Assembly (NCBI GenBank): GCA_002245135.1
Contig: NGBS01001185.1
Span: 109,647 to 129,646 of the forward strand
Direction of reading: 5' to 3'
Origin: Proteromonas lacertae
Lineage: Eukaryota
DNA: 20,000 bases
The position numbers and the translations under genes are program-made. Below are positions 1 through 10,769 of the stretch, one piece after another. Under the pieces are notes generated by a model. The model worked only from the letters and a program-made list of their open reading frames with translations, searched no databases and was not told where the DNA came from. Position 1 is the stretch's first letter. Every line of letters starts with the position of its first letter.

Positions 1-8
1 ATATTGGA

Positions 9-3000
9 ATGACTTCAATTATTTATTGTGGAAGTGGATATAAAGAAGTGAGATGTGGAAATGATGGAAATTTTGAAGCTGAAGTTGATCATGAATGTAA
101 TAATGATTTAATCAAAAGTGAATGGCAATATACTGATTCTACTCCATCATCACCACATTGGAATAATGAATATATAGAAGGAGAAAGTGAATGGATGAAA
201 ATATCTTTACCATTTCCTGATTTCACATCTTCAATTAGATATTATCGAAATTATTTTACAATCAATGATATATTAGTAAGTGGATCACCCAAGTTAAAGA
301 TTACATATAAAGATGGATTAAAGATTTATATAAATGGAAATGAAATATTCAGAAGAAATTTCAATGGAGATGTAATAATTCCATTTGAAACAGCAACTGA
401 AGAAACAATCTTAATTCCTTTACCTGTTTTATTAAATGGAAGAAATATAATAGGAATAGAAATTCATAAAAGCGATTCTTCTGTTTCTGATCCATTGATC
501 ATTTCATTAGAATATATGAAATTAACAATTAATACAGTAACAACATTAGATACAGTAAATGTGAATGAAATTGGTTTAATCTCTGAAAAAGGAAATGCTC
601 CAGTTGATTATACTAATTTAGATAAAACATTTGCAATGGCAAGTGAAAGTACAAATGATAATCCTGATTATTGTGGAATTACGTTAGTAAAAGGAGAAAA
701 AGCCAATTATATGCCATTTTATATAACCTACAAATTCAATGGATATAATGCTTTTTATTTTAATGAGTTTAAGATAAGTGGATGTAGTAATAATTGGAAT
801 AATCGTCCAAAGAATATAAAAATATTAGGAGCAACAGATAAAGATCATCCAGTATGGGAAGAACTATATTCAAATACTGATTTAGGATTAAAAGGTGGTG
901 ATGGAACTGAGCATTGCACTGAAGTTAAAACATTTTCATTGTTGAATGTAAGAAAATCTTATGAAAGTTATAGATTAGAAGTAGTTGATATAGCTGCTTA
1001 TGATGTAAATCCATTTGCTCATTATATTCAATATCGATTATTTATTTTAAATTCAATTTCACTTCCTGTTTGTTATGCTTATGATGGATTTGACAAAGCT
1101 TTTGCTGGTACAAATGGCACAGCCAGTTGTGGAAATGGATCTAAAGCTTTTAAGATAAGAAAATGTTTAGAAAATGGATTATGGGATGAAGTAATTGATG
1201 ATTCAATGTGTAATGCAAAATGTTCAGTTACAGTATATGATCAACTTGTAGTAGCAAATCCTGGTGAATATGGTGAATTAACCTGTCCAAACAATCAAAA
1301 TAAGAAATGGAAAGCATATTGTCCTCTTAGTATTCCAGTATCATATATTGATATTGTTGATGAATGTGTTAGTATTACTTATACAGAGAATTATATTACT
1401 AAAAGTGGTAAAGCTTTAAGTATAACTCCAACAATATCTGAAAATCCACCAACATTAACATTTAGCAAAGAAACTGGTCCTGATTTTATAACAGTAGAAT
1501 CATCTACAGGTGTTGTAAGTGGAACAATTCCATCAGATGTTTTAGAAGGAAAAGAATATGAATTAATAATTCGTGTTCAACCAGTTGATGAAAGATTCAC
1601 AATAAAGATCGAAATAAAAGAAGAATCAAATAATGATGAATTTTATAGATTAATAACAACGAATAGTGAAACAGCTGAAATAACTAAATCATATATAATT
1701 GATATGAGTAAATGGAAAGTTCCCGAATCTTTATCATTTAAGACATTAACAACAGTTGGTGATTATACAGTGAAAATGAAGCATTATATAAAAGAAAATG
1801 AAAATAATGTATTGAGTTTATTTGGTTCAATAGAAAATCAAATAATTGAACATTTACATTTGATAATAGAATCTCATAATGGAAATAATGTAAATCCTTC
1901 ACTTAAAACCACAGAAAATGGAATATTTTCAAAGATATCAAACAGTTATTTATATGATATAGAATTGAAAGTAAATTGCAATATTGAAATGAATCAAAAT
2001 GAAGATAAAACCTTTGGTTTATTGAGTAACTCAATGGAGAATATGATAATGATTCATGTAGGAATATATTTTGAAGGAAAGATATCAATAAATACTTTCA
2101 CATATTCATCAACATTTGGCTTGATAAGTGGATTTATTAAAAATGGTGATGGAAAAGAAGTAAGTGGAATATTTGTGAAAGGAAATGAATATAGTTATAC
2201 TCGTGGTAATAGTGGTCATCAATATAATGGTTTGATGTTTGGCTCATCTGAAAATCTGATTATTTCATACAGTTATAGTGATGTTAATACTTTCAAAATT
2301 AATTCAGAAAGAGGCTTAAGTAGTAGTTTGACAGTAGCTCATGCAACATCAGCATCCTCTTATTTGAAATTCTTTAGATGTTTTGCAATAGTAAGAGTAG
2401 TAGCTGATATTGAAGGCAATTTTTGGGCATTCTTTGGTCCATTTTTATGTCGAGGCAATATAGTTGAAACAGTTGATGAATGTTGGAGTGATATAAAAGT
2501 TGGTGTTTTAATTGGAGCAAGTGAATTAGTTGGTTTTAGAGGAATGTATGAGAATAATGAAGTTAATGCGAATGTGATCTTATCTAATAGTTATATTCAC
2601 TATCATTTTACTAAAAGCATTACACATAACGATGCAAAGATTTTTATGATGGCAAAATATACAAAAACAGGAAGTTCGTTGAATAATGTTTATTCTTCAA
2701 TAACTTATGATGATGGAGTTACATTTGCATGTCAAATAAGAGATATTCAGGATGATGAAGGTACACAAAATCCAAGTACTATTCATAATACCATCATACA
2801 ACAAAGAAGTGGAATAAAAATCATAAGATCATTTTATAGTAAACAAATTGGATTAGTTGATGAAACATCTGATATAAAAGAAAAGCCATATAAATATTTG
2901 AATGGATTCTTTACAAAAGATAGGAAAATATATTATTCCACAATGCCAAGATATGATGAAAACAGTAAAAGAATAATAGATGAATATGGAATATTAGAAA

Positions 3001-6000
3001 ATGTTGATATATCATTAGATGAAAATTCATATCCACATTATAATAAAGTAAAATCTGTTTGGTATAGAAATGAGATAAGTTTAAATCCAATATATAAAGA
3101 TGATTTGAGAGATAGTTATAAATTATATTTGTTGCTGAAAGATATAAAAGATGAATCTAAGAATGTAATAATATCATCATCTAGTGATTGTATTAATTCA
3201 GAAAGTATAAGTGTGAAAAGTTGGTCAACAAGTGAATCTTCAATTAAATCAATAAGTGAAAAAATAAATAAAGAGAGTTGTAGTATGAATTCTTATAAGA
3301 AAATAAGTTATGAAATAAGTGGAATAAGTACAGGAGAATCTGAGATAGTGGAATTAGTGAATAAAGAAGTAACTCCATCCTATACAGTTAGTTACAAAGA
3401 TTATGTCGAAGAGAACAGTGAATTTAATATGATATTTAGTTTACCTTATCCATCTGAAATAGTAGTAAGTGGAAGTGAAATAATTGTAATGAAATCGTTA
3501 GAAAATGGTGAAATATTTACCTCATGAATATGAATCAAAATTAGTGTTAAATGTAGGAAATGTTGAAAATGAAGTGAATGAGAAAGTGAATATTTGTGTA
3601 AAATCTCCTTTTGCCTATGGTGAAGAAAGTGGAAAATGTTTTGATTTGACAGTGAAAATTCAGACTGGAGATCCTAGTAAACCAACCACTTCTCCACCAA
3701 CCACAGTAAAGCCAACAACACAAACACCAACAACCATTAAACCCACAACTCAAACACCAACCACAGTAAAGCCAACAACACAAACACCAACAACCATTAA
3801 ACCAACCACTGTTAAACCTACTACATTACCACCAGGAAATAATTTTTATGAAATTATTACTCAAGATAAAGATGAAATTGTTCTTGATAAATCATATATA
3901 GTTGAAATGAAAGATTGGATAATTCCACCAATTGAGAATATAAAATTCACAAAATTAATAGGAAAAGGTGATGAAACCAAGATAATATTAAGATTTGATA
4001 CAAAGGTTGATGAAGTTAAAAAAATTCAATTATTTAATGATTTAGATGGCAAAGTTTTAGAACATCTTCATTTCGTAATAGAATCTTCACCATCTGAAAA
4101 TACATTAAAATTAAACCCAAATGGAATATTTTCAAAGATATCAAACAGTTATTTATATGATATAGAATTGAAAATAGATTACAATATTGAAATGAATCAA
4201 AATGAAGATAAAACTTTTGGTTTATTGAGTAACTCAATGGAGAATATGATAATGATTCATGTAGGAATATATTTTGAAGGAAAAATATCAATAAATACAA
4301 ATGACAGAACAATATTAGTATTTGGCTTAATAAGTGGAAGTATATCAAATGGTGATGGAAAAGAAGTAAGTGGAATATTTGTGAAAGGAAATGAATATGA
4401 ATTTTTATCAACTGCATCTACTGATCATACTATATATGAAGGTTTATTATTTGGTAATGCCATAGATTTAATAATATCTTACAGTTATAGTGATGTAAAT
4501 AAAGTGAATATTAATAGCAACAATGGTATTAGCCACAGTCTCACAATCGCTCATTCTACTGCTGAATCTACTTTCGTAAGATTGTTTAGATGTTTTGCAA
4601 TAGTTCGAGAAATGGCAAATGTTGAATCCCAAGATTGGACATTCTTTGGTCCATTTATTAGTAGAAGTAAAAATCCAGTTTATGTAGATGAATGTTTTAA
4701 TGATATAAAATTTGGTATAATAAGTGGAAAAATGGATGTAGTTGGATTTAGAGGTCATTATGAAGATAATGGTGATAATGCAAAAGTAGAAATATCAAAT
4801 AGTTATAGTAATTGGTTATTTACTGAATCCACTAAAGAATTATATCATGATTCAATTGTTATAAATTGTATATCCAAATTTGCACATAGTAGTTCAACAA
4901 TAAAGAATGTATATGTTTCAATAACAGTTAGTTCTGATGAAGTAACATTGGGTAAAGTAGTAAAAGTAGGTGAAGGAAGTGATATTATGATGAACAAAGC
5001 TTACATTCAAAGACCAGATAGAATTAATGTTAATGGAATTGGTTCAGTAGAAATACTTGATGAAACATCTGATATAAAAGAAAAGCCATATAAATATTTG
5101 AATGGATTCTTTACAAAAGATAGGAAAATATATTATTCCACAATGCCAAGATATGATGAAAACAGTAAAAGAATAATAGATGAATATGGAATATTAGAAA
5201 ATGTTGATATATCATTAGATGAAAATTCATATCCACATTATAATAAAGTAAAATCTGTTTGGTATAGAAATGAGATAAGTTTAAATCCAATATATAAAGA
5301 TGATTTGAGAGATAGTTATAAATTATATTTGTTGCTGAAAGATATAAAAGATGAATCTAAGAATGTAATAATATCATCATCTAGTGATTGTATTAATTCA
5401 GAAAGTATAAGTGTGAAAAGTTGGTCAACAAGTGAATCTTCAATTAAATCAATAAGTGAAAAAATAAATAAAGAGAGTTGTAGTATGAATTCTTATAAGA
5501 AAATAAGTTATGAAATAAGTGGAATAAGTACAGGAGAATCTGAGATAGTGGAATTAGTGAATAAAGAAGTAACTCCATCCTATACAGTTAGTTACAAAGA
5601 TTATGTCGAAGAGAACAGTGAATTTAATATGATATTTAGTTTACCTTATCCATCTGAAATAGTAGTAAGTGGAAGTGAAATAATTGTAATGAAATCGTTA
5701 GAAAATGTGAAATATTTACCTCATGAATATGAATCAAAATTAGTGTTAAATGTAGGAAATGTTGAAAATGAAGTGAATGAGAAAGTGAATATTTGTGTAA
5801 AATCTCCTTTTGCCTATGGTGAAGAAAGTGGAAAATGTTTTGATTTGACAGTGAAAATTCAGACTGGAGATCCTAGTAAACCAACCACTTCTCCACCAAC
5901 CACAGTAAAGCCAACAACACAAACACCAACAACCATTAAACCCACAACTCAAACACCAACCACAGTAAAGCCAACAACACAAACACCAACAACCATTAAA

Positions 6001-9000
6001 CCAACCACTGTTAAACCTACTACATTACCACCAGGAAATAATTTTTATGAAATTATTACTCAAGATAAAGATGAAATTGTTCTTGATAAATCATATATAG
6101 TTGAAATGAAAGATTGGATAATTCCACCAATTGAGAATATAAAATTCACAAAATTAATAGGAAAAGGTGATGAAACCAAGATAATATTAAGATTTGATAC
6201 AAAGGTTGATGAAGTTAAAAAAATTCAATTATTTAATGATTTAGATGGCAAAGTTTTAGAACATCTTCATTTCGTAATAGAATCTTCACCATCTGAAAAT
6301 ACATTAAAATTAAACCCAAATGGAATATTTTCAAAGATATCAAACAGTTATTTATATGATATAGAATTGAAAATAGATTACAATATTGAAATGAATCAAA
6401 ATGAAGATAAAACTTTTGGTTTATTGAGTAACTCAATGGAGAATATGATAATGATTCATGTAGGAATATATTTTGAAGGAAAAATATCAATAAATACAAA
6501 TGACAGAACAATATTAGTATTTGGCTTAATAAGTGGAAGTATATCAAATGGTGATGGAAAAGAAGTAAGTGGAATATTTGTGAAAGGAAATGAATATGAA
6601 TTTTTATCAACTGCATCTACTGATCATACTATATATGAAGGTTTATTATTTGGTAATGCCATAGATTTAATAATATCTTACAGTTATAGTGATGTAAATA
6701 AAGTGAATATTAATAGCAACAATGGTATTAGCCACAGTCTCACAATCGCTCATTCTACTGCTGAATCTACTTTCGTAAGATTGTTTAGATGTTTTGCAAT
6801 AGTTCGAGAAATGGCAAATGTTGAATCCCAAGATTGGACATTCTTTGGTCCATTTATTAGTAGAAGTAAAAATCCAGTTTATGTAGATGAATGTTTTAAT
6901 GATATAAAATTTGGTATAATAAGTGGAAAAATGGATGTAGTTGGATTTAGAGGTCATTATGAAGATAATGGTGATAATGCAAAAGTAGAAATATCAAATA
7001 GTTATAGTAATTGGTTATTTACTGAATCCACTAAAGAATTATATCATGATTCAATTGTTATAAATTGTATATCCAAATTTGCACATAGTAGTTCAACAAT
7101 AAAGAATGTATATGTTTCAATAACAGTTAGTTCTGATGAAGTAACATTGGGTAAAGTAGTAAAAGTAGGTGAAGGAAGTGATATTATGATGAACAAAGCT
7201 TACATTCAAAGACCAGATAGAATTAATGTTAATGGAATTGGTTCAGTAGAAATACTTGATGAAACATCTGATATAAAAGAAAAGCCATATAAATATTTGA
7301 ATGGATTCTTTACAAAAGATAGGAAAATATATTATTCCACAATGCCAAGATATGATGAAAACAGTAAAAGAATAATAGATGAATATGGAATATTAGAAAA
7401 TGTTGATATATCATTAGATGAAAATTCATATCCACATTATAATAAAGTAAAATCTGTTTGGTATAGAAATGAGATAAGTTTAAATCCAATATATAAAGAT
7501 GATTTGAGAGATAGTTATAAATTATATTTGTTGCTGAAAGATATAAAAGATGAATCTAAGAATGTAATAATATCATCATCTAGTGATTGTATTAATTCAG
7601 AAAGTATAAGTGTGAAAAGTTGGTCAACAAGTGAATCTTCAATTAAATCAATAAGTGAAAAAATAAATAAAGAGAGTTGTAGTATGAATTCTTATAAGAA
7701 AATAAGTTATGAAATAAGTGGAATAAGTACAGGAGAATCTGAGATAGTGGAATTAGTGAATAAAGAAGTAACTCCATCCTATACAGTTAGTTACAAAGAT
7801 TATGTCGAAGAGAACAGTGAATTTAATATGATATTTAGTTTACCTTATCCATCTGAAATAGTAGTAAGTGGAAGTGAAATAATTGTAATGAAATCGTTAG
7901 AAAATGTGAAATATTTACCTCATGAATATGAATCAAAATTAGTGTTAAATGTAGGAAATGTTGAAAATGAAGTGAATGATAAAGTGAATATTTGTGTAAA
8001 ATCTCCATTTGCCTATGGTGAAGAAAGTGGAAAATGTTTTGATTTGACAGTGAAAATTCAGACTGGAGATCCTAGTAAACCAACCACTTCTCCACCAACC
8101 ACTGTTAAACCAACAACACAAACACCAACCACAGTAAAGCCAACCACTCAAACACCAACAACCATTAAACCCACAACTCAAACACCAACCACTGTTAAAC
8201 CCACAACTCAAACACCAACCACTGTTAAACCCACAACACAAACACCAACAACTGTAAAACCAACCACTCAAACACCTACTACTGTAAAACCAACCACTCA
8301 AACACCTACTACTGTTAAACCAACAACAATGAAACCAACAACAAATCAGCCAACAACTGTCATTCCAACTACTGAATCTCCATCTACTACAACAATATAT
8401 GAAACTGGAACAATAGAAACATCAATTCCAACTACTTTAATACCAACAACTGTAATTCCAACAACACCAAAACCGATTGAAAGAATATCAATTGAAATAA
8501 GACTTTCTAATATTGCAAATACAACCACAACACCTGAATTAAATGAAAATGATAAAAACATATTAAAAGACTCAATAATTGAAATCTATAAGAATGGTGG
8601 TATAACATTAAGAAAAGAAGATATTGAAATAATTGTGAATAATCGACGAATGTTATTGCGAGGTTTAGAAAATGATATGAAAATCGAAGTAATAGTAACA
8701 GTTCCAGAAGAATCAACAAAAACTGTAATTCTTGAAATTGCAAACGGATTAATGAAAGACAATTCCAAAGAATTGAATGAAGAAATCAAAACCAAAGCTG
8801 AATCTGTAGAAGATTCAATATTCAAAGAAATTGAAGTTGAAGTAACAAAAGTAGAAGAAAAGAATTATCCAACAGCAAAACCTAGTATTGGAGGAGATGG
8901 AGATAAATCTGAAAGTGATGGATTACCGTTAGGTGCATTGATTGGAATAATCGCAGGTGGAGTAGTAGTATTGGTGTTATTAATAGTTGGATTTATGTTA

Positions 9001-9645
9001 TGTCGAAGTCGAAAATCTGAATCTCATCCATCCAAATCTAAATCCAAACCAGCAGCAAAACCTAAAAAGCCAATAGCTGGAAAAGGAGTGAAAGCTAGTG
9101 GTAAATCTGATCCAGCTGGTGCAAATATAGAATTACCAAAAATAGTAGAAGAAAAGAAAGAAGAAATAAAGAAAGAAGAAGTAAAGAAAGAAGAAGAAAA
9201 GCCAAAAGAAGAAGAAAAACCAAAAGATGAAGAAAAACCAAAAGATGAAATAAAGCCAAAAGAAGAAAAGAAAGAAGAAGTAAAGAAAGAAGAAGTAAAA
9301 CCAAAAGAAGAAGAAAAACCAAAAGAAGAAAAGAAAGAAGAAGAAATAAAGCCAAAAGATGAAAAGAAAGAAGAAGAAGTAAAACCAAAAGAAGAAGTAA
9401 AGAAAGAAGAAGAAAAACCAAAAGAAGAAATAAAGCCAAAAGAAGAAGAAAAGAAAGAAGTGAAACCACATCCAAGAAAAACAGGAAGTAAAGCTAATCG
9501 AAAGAGAAGTGGAAGTGGTTCAAGTTATTCTTCAAGTTACAGTGGAAGTTATTCATCCAGTTATAGTGGAAGTGAAAGTGAAAGTGAAAAACCAAAAGAA
9601 GTGAAAACAACTCCACCTGCTATTCCCGAAAGAAAAGAAGCATAA
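9..9645 (+). CDS. Giant type-I membrane surface/adhesin-like protein (>3200 aa if the two ORFs are joined); probably 5'-partial; one +1 frameshift at 3507/3508
   Basis: ORFs 9-3527 and 3505-9645 join into one frame if one G is removed: GAAAATGGTGAAA at 3501 versus GAAAATGTGAAA in the repeat copies at 5701 and 7900. The frame is open to the window edge upstream of base 9. Domain order: galactose-binding/jelly-roll-like (YYRNYF...YKDGLKIYINGNEIFRRN...GRNIIGIEIH), discoidin-like, Cys-rich HRM-like (C...C...RKCLENGLW...C), He_PIG-like Ig (ITVESSTGVVSGT), three GLUG/beta-solenoid-like units, Thr/Pro mucin repeats, SEA-like segment (RRMLLR), a TM helix at about 8923-9003 (LPLGALIGIIAGGVVVLVLLIVGFMLC), and a Lys/Glu-rich tail. 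Confidence 0.85.
3679..3826 (+). repeat. 30-bp coding minisatellite (KPTTQTPTT[V/I]), mucin-like stalk, copy 1
   Basis: Repeating AAACCAACxACTCAAACACCAACxACxGTx units in the ORF. Confidence 0.9.
5878..6025 (+). repeat. 30-bp coding minisatellite (KPTTQTPTT[V/I]), copy 2
   Basis: Same as copy 1, shifted by 2199 bp. Confidence 0.9.
8077..8345 (+). repeat. 30-bp coding minisatellite (KPTTQTPTT[V/I]), expanded membrane-proximal copy
   Basis: Seven complete KPTTQTPTT[V/I] units versus four in each earlier array. Confidence 0.9.
9148..9468 (+). repeat. Purine-rich Lys/Glu/Pro low-complexity repeat (KPKEEE/KKEEV) in the cytoplasmic tail
   Basis: GAA/AAG/CCA-rich degenerate repeats downstream of the TM helix. 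Confidence 0.85.
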
Positions 9646-9725
9646 AATATATTATCATACTTCACTCATGAATTTTTATTGTTTTATTGGTTTTGAACTA
9701 GAATATTTTAATTCTATATTATATT

Positions 9726-10730
9726 CAGTGTTGTATTTTTCGGTCAAAAAATATAGGTTTACCTATAGGTCAAAACCTATATCTTTAGCTTGACCTTTAC
9801 CTTCCTTATACTAACTATTAGTTGACCTCCTATTGAGCATGAGTTAAGAAGCATATAATCTAACCATATATACAAAATTAATGTTTTATACATCATCTTT
9901 CAAATATCAAATTTGACAGTCGGTTGATTCACTTTTTATATTACTATTATTTTGATCTATTTCTCAATGATGACTCACAATAACATATTATTAACATAAT
10001 ATTAAATTAATTATAGAATAAGAAAAAAGAAAAGAAAAAAACATCAAGCTTGATGGTTTGACTAAGCAAATCTTTATTTTTTAAGATTTAGATCATTTAG
10101 ATGTATAATTACTCAATATTTATAAGACTTTATAATATATGAAACTATAGGGATATCACATTACCTCCTATCGCATCAAAAGAGTTGTGCATTTATTCAA
10201 TTGCTGTATGTTAGAGAAGTAACATTTTAACTACTCCAAAATGTTTTGGAAAAACATGTTAAAAATCAAAGATACTGATTTATATTGCTCATTTATTATA
10301 CATCTAAATATTTCATCAGAACATATGGAAGAGAAATCATTAATATCCAGAAATAGAGATTTATTATTATAATTACATTAATATTTGTTTTTTAGAGATA
10401 GTAATCAATATAAATTAATCATCAAAATAACAAGTTGTTTATAAATATGTTAAATATCACTATTGAGTAGTTTGTAGATGAATTTTAATATATCAGAATA
10501 GATATTTTTACAATTTCAACCAATCTTATTCTAACTATAGTAACTAAAGTAAAACAAGAAGCAGGAATAATTTTTTATATAGTATGATAGTTTGTATTAA
10601 ACAAATGTTACTCAGTAAGTAATTAAAATAGATTTTAACAAAATAATGCTCGAGGTTTGACTGACCAACGGTCAAAGCTAGATTATAGGTTTTACCTATA
10701 ACCTATAGGTTACCTATTTATACAACCCTG
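9726..10730. mobile_element. Non-autonomous hAT-superfamily DNA transposon (MITE-like), 1005 bp
   Basis: TIRs CAGTGTTGTAT (9726-9736) and ATACAACCCTG (10720-10730) match at 10 of 11 bases. The identical 8-mer ATTATATT flanks both ends (9718-9725 and 10731-10738). Subterminal inverted similarity links about 9750-9840 with 10646-10720 (TATAGGT/ACCTATA, GGTCAA/TTGACC, GAGCAT/ATGCTC). No ORF inside. Confidence 0.88.
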
Positions 10731-10769
10731 ATTATATTCATCAAAAAAAAAATAGTAAATAAAAACCCT

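Larger units (their letters stand above)
2857..8102 (+). repeat. Intragenic tandem duplication, 2199-bp (733-codon) period, about 2.4 near-identical copies
   Basis: TTGATGAAACATCT at 2857, 5057 and 7256. The translations are identical apart from the extra G and two substitutions noticed near 7980-8007. Confidence 0.97.

Noticed and set aside
1903..9475. Minus-strand Cys/Trp/Phe/Leu-rich ORFs
   Set aside because: They are antisense shadows of the repetitive plus-strand surface gene.
10500..10575. Possible hAT transposase dimerisation remnant (IPAS...RIRL) on the minus strand
   Set aside because: Only a few residues match and the ERxFS core is absent, so it cannot be told from chance without a profile search.
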